Shown piece after piece: positions 1 through 9,613 of a DNA stretch of 64,000 bases. A program made the translations under genes and the position numbers. Where the stretch lies: assembly GCA_043801155.1 (NCBI GenBank), contig JAZDMI010000028.1, positions 35,389-99,388 of the forward strand. Reading direction: 5' to 3'. The stretch comes from Candidatus Gottesmanbacteria bacterium (GTDB taxonomy: Bacteria; Patescibacteriota; Microgenomatia; JAMCYU01). The notes beneath the pieces were generated by a model, which was given only the letters and a program-made list of their open reading frames with translations, had not been told where the DNA came from and ran no database searches. Positions within the stretch are counted from its first letter, which is position 1. Each line of letters begins with the position of its first letter.

Positions 1-627
1 GACGATAATAACTGTCAAGCCTATTTCTTGAGCCAACCGGGAAGCAATCGGATCGAAAGGCGCTGAAAGATTGGGACTCCATTTGTTGCCGACTATCTGG
101 CGATACTCATTCCAGTTTATTTTTTTAATCGGCCTGGCATTAGAATGTTTATGGGGATCTTTATCATAAACAGTCTCGATATTGGAAAGATTGATAAGTA
201 CCTTACTTTTATATCTTTGAGCCAGTAAAACCGCATCATAATCAGTTGACCAGCCCGGCTTCCAGCCGGCACCGATAACCACTGGCTGCGGTCCAAGCTT
301 ATATTCACGATCGTAATGAGTTACAAGCCGGGAGTTTGCAATATCTTTGAAAATTGTTCTTAGAAGATGAGCGTTCAAACGGGTGGCATGAATAGACAAC
401 CAGTCAAGTTCCACGGGCGGTATTTGCTTACCCAAAACAGTATCGGCGGCATCAGCATAATGTCTTGAGGTTCTTCCTCCCCCGCAAACAATAAAAAACC
501 GCTTGCCAGCGGTTATTTGTTTTCTTATGAATTCATTAAATCTCTTTAAGAATTCAGTATTAATCCCTCCGTTAGGGACAATTAATGAGCCGCCCAAAGA
601 CAAAATGACCGGTTCATCTTTACTCAT
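1..627 (-). CDS. pyrH: UMP kinase, archaeal/eukaryal type, amino-acid-kinase fold. Start ATG at 627; the C-terminus runs off the window edge.
   Basis: Own translation of the minus strand reads MSKDEPVILSLGGSLIVP...IVCGGGRTSRHYADAA...VVIGAGWKPGWSTDYDAVLLAQ. These match the glycine-rich motifs of the amino-acid-kinase family. The GGGRTSR pattern favours UMP kinase over isopentenyl phosphate kinase. The frame stays open to position 1. Confidence 0.7.
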   Translation of the reverse strand, partial: MSKDEPVILSLGGSLIVPNGGINTEFLKRFNEFIRKQITAGKRFFIVCGGGRTSRHYADAADTVLGKQIPPVELDWLSIHATRLNAHLLRTIFKDIANSRLVTHYDREYKLGPQPVVIGAGWKPGWSTDYDAVLLAQRYKSKVLINLSNIETVYDKDPHKHSNARPIKKINWNEYRQIVGNKWSPNLSAPFDPIASRLAQEIGLTVIIV

Positions 628-761
628 TTATTAAATAATGATTATACCCTAAGAAGGGGTAAATTGGCAAGTTTTTTCCTTATAGATAATTAAAATAAAA
701 GTCTATAATGATTATTTAGCAGATAAAGACAGCTAAAATTTGACATATAGAGTATAATTAT

Positions 762-995
762 ATGAGAGAGAGAAATATGACACCAGCAAAATTGGAAAGA
801 AGAATACCTAAACCATATGAACCGCTAGAGAATCAACCGGGAAAAACAGGTGATCTTTCCGGAAGACCAGATATTACTCTTAGTCAAGCAAAATTTAATA
901 TTGATGCAGAACATAGACTGCATATGGCTGATTTGGATGCGCGTGGAGAAACGAGTGATGGCGATAACGGTGAAGACACAGCAAATCATAGTTAA
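762..995 (+). CDS. hypothetical small acidic protein (77 aa)
   Basis: ORF from the six-frame track, sitting in the intergenic gap between divergent genes. No recognisable motif and a weak RBS. Confidence 0.3.
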   Translation: MRERNMTPAKLERRIPKPYEPLENQPGKTGDLSGRPDITLSQAKFNIDAEHRLHMADLDARGETSDGDNGEDTANHS

Positions 996-1070
996 CCCAC
1001 TTTACTTGTAAATCCTCTAGTTTTTTACTATAATCCCTTACACGAAAATAATTTTTGCCTGTCCTTCTAT

Positions 1071-3152
1071 ATGAATAAGGGCTTTCCTGGAGAATATGAA
1101 TTACCGCATAATTCCGAACGAAATAGTACCGGAGAGTATATTTTTAGACTCGATAATTATATTAGTAAAGCTCCAAGAATTATAGGTCTTCAAGAATTAC
1201 AAAAAGTCCAGCTTAAAGTCCCCGATCCTATTTTTATCATTGGTCATCAAGCATTTGAACGTTATAAAAAAAGCGGTTTAACAGGCCAATTATATAAAGA
1301 AGTTTTAAGTGCCTTTAGCCTAATTCGACAGGCCGATCCTAACCGAGGTTGCCATATTGGCCGAGGTTTTTTTATTCCGGGGATTGATAATCCTCCTGGT
1401 TTAAGAACATCAACTATCACCAACCCAGATATTTTTGTCGATAAAATTAAGGATTTTTATGAATTTGTACGTCAAAAAGGATACGATATTCCGGGCGCAG
1501 ATATTGCTCTTATAATTCATCCCTTTATAAATGCCGGGGATCCCTTAATGATTAAGGATCCTCCTCTTGAATTCCCCGGAGGGGTCATTTACTCTCCAAC
1601 TGATGGTAAAATAGAAATCCATTCAACCTTTGGGCCAGATGAATCATATCAAGGATTTCCCAAAGATACATACACAGTTAATCTGTTTGGTCAAAGAATT
1701 GAAATTACCAAACAAATTAGTCGAAAAAAAAGGACTCTGATTCCATCAGCTAAAGATCCCCTAGCCTACGATGAAATTGATATCCCCAAAGAATTTCAAT
1801 CAAGACAAGCCTTGCCTGACGAACAAATTCTTGAATTGGCAACAGCTTATTTAAAAGTATCTAATCATTATGGTCCTCGTCGAATGGAATTCTTAACTCA
1901 ACCGGATGGAATATATTTTAGAGAATGTCAGCCATTTAATATGAAAGCTAAAGATTTAATTCATCTTTCTTCAAAATCAGTTGAGGCTGAGGTTTTAGTT
2001 ATTAGAACAGCGTCTGATATTTCAAAAATTGATGCAAACACTAAACTCGTTCATTTACCCGAGGACCTTTTTCAACATCGACAAATTGGTATTTTTGCTG
2101 CTTGTGCTGCGACTATTCATCAATTAGCTCATGATTCGATAGTTCTTCCCCACGGTGATATTGTTACATCGCATATGCTCAGAAATTTTGCTGATCTTGG
2201 TATTACGGTTGTTTTTATTGGTAACAATCATCTTGAAAATGGTGAACGAATAAGGGTGTATCGAACTGATGGTAGAGTCGAATGGGAAAGAATTGAATCA
2301 ATTAATAAGCTATTCCTCTCTTTAAACGATAAAAAATTAGAGAATAGAATTGTCGGATCTAAGGCCTTAAATCTTTATTTATTAGCTGAAGCCGGATTGA
2401 TTACACCTCGAGGATATTGTTTAACTGCCGATGCCTTTGATAAATATATTTATAAGTTTAATTTAACATCAGCTATTGAAAAATTGGAAGGGTTAGAAGG
2501 AAAAAAGTTGAGTGTAGCTTTAAAACGGATTCGCGATAAAATCACTGGCGGAAAAATTAATCATAAGGATAAGGAATATATATTAAATGCTCTTAATGGT
2601 TTAAAGGTTAATAAATATTCAGTTCGTTCTTCGGCTAATGTTGAAGACCAAGAAGTGTCTTTCGCCGGACAATTCAGTAGCACCATTGGTATTCCCCAAG
2701 AACAGGTAATTTATGCAATTAAGCAAAGCTGGGCTTCAGTTTTTAATGAAGGATCAATACTTTATGCTCGGGGACTAAGAATTAGTCCATTAATGATTAA
2801 AATGGGTGTATTAACTCATGAAACTATTGAAGGAGAAAAAGCCGGTGTTATTTTTACCCGTCATCCGGAAACGGGCAATTTCGTTGTTTCCATATCTGAT
2901 AAAGCAGAAAATATTGTAGAAGGTCAAGCTTCACAATTTCAGCAAATAGAAATTGACAGAAAGACACGAATGATTTTGAAGCATCAATTACATACAAATA
3001 ACCGACAGCCAATTATGAATCAAGATGAAATACAGGAGCTATTTTCTATTGGTATGCTTATTGAACAAATATTTGGCAGGCCTCAAGACATTGAATGGGT
3101 AATTAATAAACAAACTGGCAAATTGGTCTGTCTTCAATCACGACCAGTTTAA
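1071..3152 (+). CDS. Predicted PEP-utilising-family dikinase or phosphotransferase with a permuted domain order: unknown N-terminal domain, then phosphohistidine swivel domain, then C-terminal PPDK_N ATP-grasp domain.
   Basis: Central motif GDIVTSHMLRNFADLGITVVFIGNN resembles the PEP-utilisers mobile-domain consensus GG.TSHAAIIARELGIPAVVG. C-terminal region SKALNLYLLAEAGLITPRGY...YSVRSSANVEDQEVSFAGQFSS resembles the PPDK_N nucleotide-binding domain of PEP synthase and rifampin phosphotransferase. Confidence 0.6.
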   Translation: MNKGFPGEYELPHNSERNSTGEYIFRLDNYISKAPRIIGLQELQKVQLKVPDPIFIIGHQAFERYKKSGLTGQLYKEVLSAFSLIRQADPNRGCHIGRGFFIPGIDNPPGLRTSTITNPDIFVDKIKDFYEFVRQKGYDIPGADIALIIHPFINAGDPLMIKDPPLEFPGGVIYSPTDGKIEIHSTFGPDESYQGFPKDTYTVNLFGQRIEITKQISRKKRTLIPSAKDPLAYDEIDIPKEFQSRQALPDEQILELATAYLKVSNHYGPRRMEFLTQPDGIYFRECQPFNMKAKDLIHLSSKSVEAEVLVIRTASDISKIDANTKLVHLPEDLFQHRQIGIFAACAATIHQLAHDSIVLPHGDIVTSHMLRNFADLGITVVFIGNNHLENGERIRVYRTDGRVEWERIESINKLFLSLNDKKLENRIVGSKALNLYLLAEAGLITPRGYCLTADAFDKYIYKFNLTSAIEKLEGLEGKKLSVALKRIRDKITGGKINHKDKEYILNALNGLKVNKYSVRSSANVEDQEVSFAGQFSSTIGIPQEQVIYAIKQSWASVFNEGSILYARGLRISPLMIKMGVLTHETIEGEKAGVIFTRHPETGNFVVSISDKAENIVEGQASQFQQIEIDRKTRMILKHQLHTNNRQPIMNQDEIQELFSIGMLIEQIFGRPQDIEWVINKQTGKLVCLQSRPV

Positions 3153-3159
3153 CTATTTT

Positions 3160-3210
3160 GGCAGGCGGGCCTGCCCGCAAAAGCCTGCGCTTTAGCGCTG
3201 GCAGGCGGGA
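3160..3210. repeat. GC-rich palindromic hairpin element overlapping the mutM stop codon. It contains the direct repeat GGCAGGCGGG twice and is related to the insert in the tRNA D-loop at 17246-17285.
   Basis: Inverted repeats GCCTGCGC-TTTA-GCGCTGGCAGGC. It aligns with 17246-17285 at about 26 of 36 positions (CCyGCAAAA..GCTTTAGC..GGCrGG). Confidence 0.45.
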
Positions 3211-4064
3211 CAATAAAATGTACCTCTTCCTCCAATGGTTATCCGTCTAATTATTCCGCCGTCATTTCGTAGACATTTCTCCCTTTCTCTTTGATAGACT
3301 TTAAAATGATTTTGATATTTTCCCGGCTCTGCTTCAACATTAATAAAGGCTTCGTCTCCACCGGTTGATCCCCCATATCTTAATCCCTCGTTGAGTACTT
3401 TTATTATTCCCTCCCTTAATTTCTTAATTTCTAAATTACCTAATTCCTTGGCTGGTTTATCCGGTCTAATCTTGGCTTCCCAAAGGGCATCGTTGGCATA
3501 GATATTCCCAACTCCGGCAATCTTTTCCTGATCCATCAAAACTAACTTTATCGACTTTGAAGTTTTACTAAAAATTTTCTGTAAATATTCTACGGTAAAC
3601 TCTTTGTCAAACGGTTCCGGCCCCAAATTCTGCAATTCTTTCGCTGTTCTTAATTCGCTATTCTTAATTATTTTTATCCATCCAAATTGCCTTGAATCAT
3701 TAAAAAACAGTCGTGATCCATTATCAAAGTAAAATATAATGTGTGTACTTTTAGCCGGTAATATATTCCCTCCCCCAAACGGTATCGGTGTGTTCAGTGT
3801 TACGTGTCCAGTGTTATGTTGATTTTCTACGAAGATCAACTGTCCTGTCATTTTTAAATGTATCAGTATATTTTCCCTATTATCCAGTTCAATTATGGTT
3901 ACTTTTCCTTTTCGTTTAACGTCTAATATTTCTGCTCCCTCAACGTCTTGAGGATTTCCTTTAAATTGTTTAGACAATAAAACCTCGATCTTTTTAATCG
4001 TTAATCCTTTGATTTTAGAAACGAGACCTCTTCTTATAGTTTCAACCTCTGGTAGTTCTGGCAT
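3192..4064 (-). CDS. mutM: formamidopyrimidine-DNA glycosylase (Fpg/MutM)
   Basis: N-terminus MPELPEVETIRRGL carries the catalytic Pro2 and Glu3. C-terminal zinc finger reads CPACQR. Confidence 0.9.
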   Translation of the reverse strand: MPELPEVETIRRGLVSKIKGLTIKKIEVLLSKQFKGNPQDVEGAEILDVKRKGKVTIIELDNRENILIHLKMTGQLIFVENQHNTGHVTLNTPIPFGGGNILPAKSTHIIFYFDNGSRLFFNDSRQFGWIKIIKNSELRTAKELQNLGPEPFDKEFTVEYLQKIFSKTSKSIKLVLMDQEKIAGVGNIYANDALWEAKIRPDKPAKELGNLEIKKLREGIIKVLNEGLRYGGSTGGDEAFINVEAEPGKYQNHFKVYQREREKCLRNDGGIIRRITIGGRGTFYCPACQR

Positions 4065-4073
4065 ACTCCTCCT

Positions 4074-5327
4074 TTACACTGAAAATTCTTTAGAATTTTT
4101 AGTGATTTTTTCTTCGATGAATTTTAACATATTATTTTTGAATTCATCTTTCCCAAACTTCTCTGCTTGTTGACGGCAATCATCTTCCTTAATATCTAAT
4201 CCGCCAGCTGACGGACTTAATTTTTCAATTGCCTCTATCAAACTCTCCACTGTCTGTTCATTATAAAAAACGCCAGTTTTATTTTCTATTACTGTTTCTA
4301 AATAGCCTCCACCACGAAAAGCAATCACCGGCCTGCCAGCTGCCTGCGCTTCAACCGGAGTGATACCAAAATCCTCATCTATAGCAGTACAAATTAGGGC
4401 CTTACAGTTTTTATAAATTTCGCTTAATTCGCTATCGCTTACCTGACCTAAAAATTTAATTGTCGGTCCGGAAATCGAACGTAAATATTTTTCTTGTGAG
4501 CCACTACCTACAATCCACAACTCTTCTTTTAGTTCATTACAGGCTTTAATTGTTAAATCAATGTTTTTGGCGGCCGCTAATCTAGAAACCACTAAGAAGT
4601 AAGATGCGGGGAGCCCGTTCAATTTTTGAGGAACGAAAGGAGTCCCGACTGAGTCGGGACGACTCCTCACGGGTTTTGTACCGAAAAAATTGCTAACGGG
4701 CGACTTCAGCATCTTACCAGCTTTAGAAAGGTAAACTGGGGGGTAAATTACCGTTGAATCTCTACGATAAAATTTCTTAATTCTTTCTTGGGTATTAATC
4801 GAATTAGCGATAAAATAGTCAACCCCGCCTGCAACGCCATGCGTAGCATTGCGGGCAGGTCTTTGTGCAGCGGTATAGTCGTATTGACGAAGCCAATGGG
4901 CTAAAATTTCTCCATAGATTCTTATGGGTAAAAATTTTTTCCATTCTCTGGCTGTTTGATAACCATAAAGCCATCTTGGCGGCGTATGACAATAGCAGAT
5001 ATGGACCGTCGGCGGCTTAGTAATGATACTTTTAGTGATGTACCAAGAGGCAGAAGAAATAACTAAATCAAAACTGCTGAAATCAAAACTTTCCCAGATT
5101 ATTGGCGTTAAAAACCGTAAGGGGCTAAATAAATTCTTCCACTGTAAAATCTGGTCAAATCCTGACGTAATTATTTTCTTTTGGGAAAAAGCCCGGCCGG
5201 CAGTTGAATCCTTATCACAAAAAGCCGTATAAATCGGCGCTTCGGGATATATTTCCGTCAGTGCTTCAAGTACCCTCTCGGCTCCACCGTATTCCTTTAA
5301 ATAATCATGAACTAGTGCGACTTTCAT
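4074..5327 (-). CDS. glycosyltransferase family 4 (GT-B fold)
   Basis: MKVALVHDYL..YGGAERV at the N-terminus and EDFGITPVEAQAAGRPVIAF near the C-terminus are typical of GT4 enzymes. It also contains an in-frame GC-rich palindromic insert at about 4625-4665. Confidence 0.85.
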   Translation of the reverse strand: MKVALVHDYLKEYGGAERVLEALTEIYPEAPIYTAFCDKDSTAGRAFSQKKIITSGFDQILQWKNLFSPLRFLTPIIWESFDFSSFDLVISSASWYITKSIITKPPTVHICYCHTPPRWLYGYQTAREWKKFLPIRIYGEILAHWLRQYDYTAAQRPARNATHGVAGGVDYFIANSINTQERIKKFYRRDSTVIYPPVYLSKAGKMLKSPVSNFFGTKPVRSRPDSVGTPFVPQKLNGLPASYFLVVSRLAAAKNIDLTIKACNELKEELWIVGSGSQEKYLRSISGPTIKFLGQVSDSELSEIYKNCKALICTAIDEDFGITPVEAQAAGRPVIAFRGGGYLETVIENKTGVFYNEQTVESLIEAIEKLSPSAGGLDIKEDDCRQQAEKFGKDEFKNNMLKFIEEKITKNSKEFSV

Positions 5328-5347
5328 AATTTATTATTCATTATTCA

Positions 5348-6400
5348 TTATTCTAATAAACTCATTTGTTCATCCTTTTTCTCATCCTCCGTCTTTTTAC
5401 TTATTACATCTTCCGGTTTTTTTGATAATCTGCCAATTAAGCTTTTAAACTCTAACTCCTCGAGGAATTTTATCACTTCTGGATTGCTAAAGTCGCCTAT
5501 CTGGCACTTTTTTAAATTGAGTTTTACCGAAACATTAGTAATAATCGTGGCTAATTGTTTACTTAACTTGGCATCTTGTTTACCCTTAATTAATCTATCT
5601 TTAATTATTTCATTCTGCAAAGCAGAAGTAGCGATCTTTGATCGCGTCTTTTTCAATTGTTCAATCTCTTTATAAAGTTTTTCTACTGTTCCGTATTGTG
5701 AAAGTAAATTAACCGCTGTTTTTGGTCCGATACCGGAAACACCCGAATAATTATCCGATTGATCACCGATTAAGGCCTTATAATCAGGAATCTGTGCTGG
5801 TCTAAGTCCGTATTTCTCAATAACTTTTTCTTCATCAAAAAGCGTTGCCTCGGTCAAACCACGAATTAACATATAAACTTTAGTGTGATTATCAACCAGT
5901 TGGAGCAAATCACGATCACCGGTAACAACAATAATTTCGAATTCAGAATTATGAATAGCGAATGGTGTACTAGTTTCTTTTTCTTTCTTAATTCTTAATT
6001 CGCTATTCGCCATTTCTGCCTGAAAGGCTAATGTACCTATGACATCATCTGCCTCATACCCTTCTTTTTCATAAATCGGGATACCCAAAGTCCTGACTAA
6101 TTCTTTAACTCGTTCAATTTGCCCCGACAGTTCATCAACCATTTTCGGCCTTTTGGCCTGATAACCAGCAAATAATTTTTTTCTAAAAGTCGGTTTGGGC
6201 AAATCAAAAGTAACCGCAAAACATGAAGGATTAAGTTCGTCTCTGACTTTCAAAAGCATCGAACAAAAACCATAGACAGCATTAACTAATTCACCCTTAG
6301 AAGTAGTTAGAGGAGGCATAGCATGATAAGCGCGGTGAAGAATAGCATTACCATCAATAATAATTAATCTTTGTTTATCCTGAGCTTGTCGAATAGACAT
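5348..6400 (-). CDS. 5'-3' exonuclease (stand-alone FEN/Pol I N-terminal domain-like)
   Basis: LIIIDGNAILHRAYHA and a helix-hairpin-helix region are present. There is no polymerase domain. Confidence 0.8.
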   Translation of the reverse strand: MSIRQAQDKQRLIIIDGNAILHRAYHAMPPLTTSKGELVNAVYGFCSMLLKVRDELNPSCFAVTFDLPKPTFRKKLFAGYQAKRPKMVDELSGQIERVKELVRTLGIPIYEKEGYEADDVIGTLAFQAEMANSELRIKKEKETSTPFAIHNSEFEIIVVTGDRDLLQLVDNHTKVYMLIRGLTEATLFDEEKVIEKYGLRPAQIPDYKALIGDQSDNYSGVSGIGPKTAVNLLSQYGTVEKLYKEIEQLKKTRSKIATSALQNEIIKDRLIKGKQDAKLSKQLATIITNVSVKLNLKKCQIGDFSNPEVIKFLEELEFKSLIGRLSKKPEDVISKKTEDEKKDEQMSLLE

Positions 6401-6463
6401 GAGGCTATTTTATCAAAAAAGGAATACTTGGACTTATTTTATCACAAAGTCCAGCAAAAGAAC

Positions 6464-8368
6464 CTAGGCTTTGATGATCGCGGGAGCTACTTTATTCTCT
6501 GTCATTAGTCTCTCAAACTCGTCACCCTCAATAGTTTCCTTTTTAACCAGTTCTTGGGCAACTAAGTCTAATCTATCTTTTGTCTTCTTTAAAACTTCCT
6601 GGGCTGTTTTATAAGCCTGAGTGATAAATTGGTTAATCTGGGCATCAATTTTACCGGCCATATCAGGTGAAACTTGCGTTGGCTCATACCACATTCTCCC
6701 GGTATCAGAAATATCACCTTGCGGCCCCAAGTTGACTGGCCCCAACTCGCTCATTCCATATTCAACCACCATTGTCCGGGCAATTTCGGTCGCTTTAGAA
6801 ATATCCGAAGCAGCTCCGGCGGTAAATTCCTTAAAAATCAGTTCCTCGGCTGCCCGTCCGCCTAAAAGACTGGCCATTTGTTCAATTAGATGTGATTTGG
6901 TTTCCGTATAACGATCTTTGGCTGGCGGAATAAGGGTAAATCCCAAAGCCAGTCCACGACTAACAATGGAAATCCGGTGAACCGGATCCATATGGGGTAG
7001 TTCATGAGTAACAATCGCATGTCCGGCTTCGTGATAGGCTGTCATTTTTTTATCTAAATCAGATTGTAATCGTTTTTTCTCTGGACCAAGCTTAACTTTA
7101 GTAGCTGCTTCTTCAATATCTTCCATATCAATCGCTCTTTTACCAATTCGAGCAGCCAGTATCGCTGACTCATTAAGCATATTTTCTAAATCAGCTCCGG
7201 AAAAGCCAACTGTTCGACGGGCAACTTTATCCCAATCAACTTCTTTAACAAATGGTTTACCGCGCATGTGGATTGATAGAATTGCTTTTCTGCCTTCAAT
7301 ATCCGGCATATCCAGAATTACCCGGCGGTCAAACCGACCTGGCCGCAGTAGTGCCGGATCAAGTAAATCTCCCCTATTGGTGGCAGCCACGACAATCACA
7401 TTTTCATTAGGAGTAAAACCGTCCATCTCGACTAAAATTTGGTTTAAGGTTTGTTCCCGTTCATCATGGCCACCCATGACGCCGACTGCCCTTACCCGAC
7501 CGATGGCGTCAATTTCATCGATAAAAATAATGGCCGGCGCGTTTTTTTTAGCCGTATTGAAAAGATCACGGACTCTTGAGGCTCCAACTCCAACTAACAT
7601 TTCCATGAATTCTGAACCGGCCATACTGAAAAAAGCCACACCCGCTTCTCCGGCGACAGCTCTAGCTAACAAGGTTTTACCCGTACCGGCCGGCCCAACT
7701 AATAAAACACCTTTGGGTGTACGGGCGCCTAGACTTCGATATTTACCGGGATGTTTTAAGAAGTCAACCACTTCTGATAATTCTTGTTTAGCTTCATCAA
7801 CTCCGGCAACATCGGCAAAGGTTATTTTAGGATTATCACGGTTAAAAAGTCTGGCTTTTGATTGGCCAAAAGAAAATAAAGTATCTTGCGCTCCCCGAGC
7901 TTGACGGAAAAGAAAAAAGAAAAACGCCACCATTAAAACCAAAGGCAAGACTGTTGACAAAATGTTAAACCAGACACCAGCCATACTCATATCCTTGATT
8001 TGAATCTCGGTTAAACCCGGATTAACACCAGACTTTTCTAAATCAGCAATTAATGAATCTTGAGGTTCTTTAAAAGAGACGTAGCTTTGCCCATTTTTAT
8101 AGGTAACCGTAAGTTTACTATCTTCGACAATGATTTGTTTGACTTTATTATTCTTAACGTCTTCAATTACTGTCGATAACGGTTTTTGCTCGGGATTTTT
8201 AACTCCTTGTTGGAAGGAAAGGAAGACTGATAGTCCGATAAGAAAGATAAAAAACCATAAAAAGACATTTTTGAGGTTAAAATTTATCCTATATTCAGCC
8301 ATTTTTCTAATTTGGCGGGGTTTTTGATTATTGTTTTCTTCCATTTGCGGAGTATTACCATTTTTCAT
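6464..8368 (-). CDS. ftsH: ATP-dependent zinc metalloprotease FtsH
   Basis: N-terminal transmembrane segments, Walker A motif GPAGTGKTLLARAVAGEA, and the zinc motif HEAGHA. Confidence 0.95.
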   Translation of the reverse strand: MKNGNTPQMEENNNQKPRQIRKMAEYRINFNLKNVFLWFFIFLIGLSVFLSFQQGVKNPEQKPLSTVIEDVKNNKVKQIIVEDSKLTVTYKNGQSYVSFKEPQDSLIADLEKSGVNPGLTEIQIKDMSMAGVWFNILSTVLPLVLMVAFFFFLFRQARGAQDTLFSFGQSKARLFNRDNPKITFADVAGVDEAKQELSEVVDFLKHPGKYRSLGARTPKGVLLVGPAGTGKTLLARAVAGEAGVAFFSMAGSEFMEMLVGVGASRVRDLFNTAKKNAPAIIFIDEIDAIGRVRAVGVMGGHDEREQTLNQILVEMDGFTPNENVIVVAATNRGDLLDPALLRPGRFDRRVILDMPDIEGRKAILSIHMRGKPFVKEVDWDKVARRTVGFSGADLENMLNESAILAARIGKRAIDMEDIEEAATKVKLGPEKKRLQSDLDKKMTAYHEAGHAIVTHELPHMDPVHRISIVSRGLALGFTLIPPAKDRYTETKSHLIEQMASLLGGRAAEELIFKEFTAGAASDISKATEIARTMVVEYGMSELGPVNLGPQGDISDTGRMWYEPTQVSPDMAGKIDAQINQFITQAYKTAQEVLKKTKDRLDLVAQELVKKETIEGDEFERLMTENKVAPAIIKA

Positions 8369-8427
8369 GAAAGAAGTATATCACAAATTTACACACTCGA
8401 CAATAAAAAAAGATGAAAAAAGAAGAA

Positions 8428-9408
8428 TTAGATTAACCCCATTTTTTGTTTAACTTCTTTTAAGGTTTCTTGGGCAATCTTTAAACAATATACTCGTCCT
8501 TCTTCTAGAATTTTCTCGACTATTTCAGGATGATCTTGATAATACTTTCTTTTCTCCTGAATCGGTTTCAGTTCCTTAAAAATCGCGTCGGCTAATTTAT
8601 CTTTTAATTCCTGGTACCTGATTCCTGTATCTTGATATCTTTTCTCGTATTCCGCTCGTTTCTCTTTTCCCTCAAATAATTCCACAAAAGTTAACAGAGC
8701 TGCTACTCCGCCCTCTTGGGGAATATTTTCACCCTTACCGATATCAGTCGGCGCTTTGGCCAATTTAGATTTTATAGTTTCCAAATCATCAGTTAAATTA
8801 ATGTAACTTCCTTCAATGCTCTTGCTCATCTTCCCCTCACCTAAAAGTGAAGGAACGTAACCAGCTTTAGTGGCAAAACGAGTAGGTTCTGGAAATGTCG
8901 AACCAAACGTTTGGTTAAATTTACGCGCAATTTCCCGGCTTACTTCAAGATGTGGTTCCTGATCATTTCCTACTGGTACCTTTTCACCTTTATAGACTAA
9001 TATATCTGCCGCCATTAAAACCGGATAGTAAAGAAGTCCCATATTAATATATTTCGGATGCAATTCCTTTTTCTCTTTATATGTTGGCAGGTCTTCCAAC
9101 CGGGATACAGGGTAGATGGTTCCTAATAAATAAGATAAAAGCACATGCTCCGGCACATATGACTGAATAGTCAGATGACATTTATTAATTGGTAAACCAG
9201 CGCCTAAATAATCTAAGACCACTTCATGGATATCTTGCTGCAATGTTTTCGGATTATAGGGCGTGGTAATCGTATGCAGATCAACCACCTGGAAAATGCA
9301 GTCATATTGACCGCCACTAACCAGTTCAATCATGCCTTTTATAGCACCCAAATAATTGCCTAAATGCAATCTTCCGGTTGCCCGGATACCAGCATAAACT
9401 CTTTTCAT
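8428..9408 (-). CDS. trpS: tryptophan--tRNA ligase
   Basis: HIGH-like motif GRLHLGNYLG and the KMSKS motif. A strong AAGGAGG Shine-Dalgarno precedes the start. Confidence 0.9.
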   Translation of the reverse strand: MKRVYAGIRATGRLHLGNYLGAIKGMIELVSGGQYDCIFQVVDLHTITTPYNPKTLQQDIHEVVLDYLGAGLPINKCHLTIQSYVPEHVLLSYLLGTIYPVSRLEDLPTYKEKKELHPKYINMGLLYYPVLMAADILVYKGEKVPVGNDQEPHLEVSREIARKFNQTFGSTFPEPTRFATKAGYVPSLLGEGKMSKSIEGSYINLTDDLETIKSKLAKAPTDIGKGENIPQEGGVAALLTFVELFEGKEKRAEYEKRYQDTGIRYQELKDKLADAIFKELKPIQEKRKYYQDHPEIVEKILEEGRVYCLKIAQETLKEVKQKMGLI

Positions 9409-9427
9409 ATTCCTCCTTATTATTGCA

Positions 9428-9613
9428 TTATTTCTTCAATGCTTCAACACTTCCCTGTAATCCAGAAGCTTGGCCTAAACCATTGTCTTTCTCTGTTTCC
9501 AAACCATGGGTACAGGGAACGACTGTTTCTTCCTCACCAAAAATATCTTTATCGATAAAGATAACATCTTTGCCGTCTTGTCGACATATTCTTTCAACTG
9601 TCATATCAATCAC
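9428..9613 (-). CDS. hypothetical small protein (61 aa)
   Basis: A strong Shine-Dalgarno AAGGAGGTGATTGAT precedes the ATG. The ORF is upstream of, and probably co-transcribed with, trpS. No family recognised. Confidence 0.45.
   Translation of the reverse strand: MIDMTVERICRQDGKDVIFIDKDIFGEEETVVPCTHGLETEKDNGLGQASGLQGSVEALKK

Noticed and set aside
5023-5232. Small opposite-strand ORFs inside real genes. Examples are 5023-5232, 5484-5675, 6621-6911, 17452-17763, 17811-18014, 25567-25773, 26764-27027, 33613-34002, 36280-36657, 41741-42046, 59409-59810 and 59982-60224.
   Set aside because: All lie antisense to, or out of frame within, strongly supported CDSs. They are treated as shadow ORFs.
7266-7904. 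212-aa plus-strand ORF inside ftsH
   Set aside because: Antisense shadow ORF within a confidently identified gene. Low complexity and no Shine-Dalgarno.
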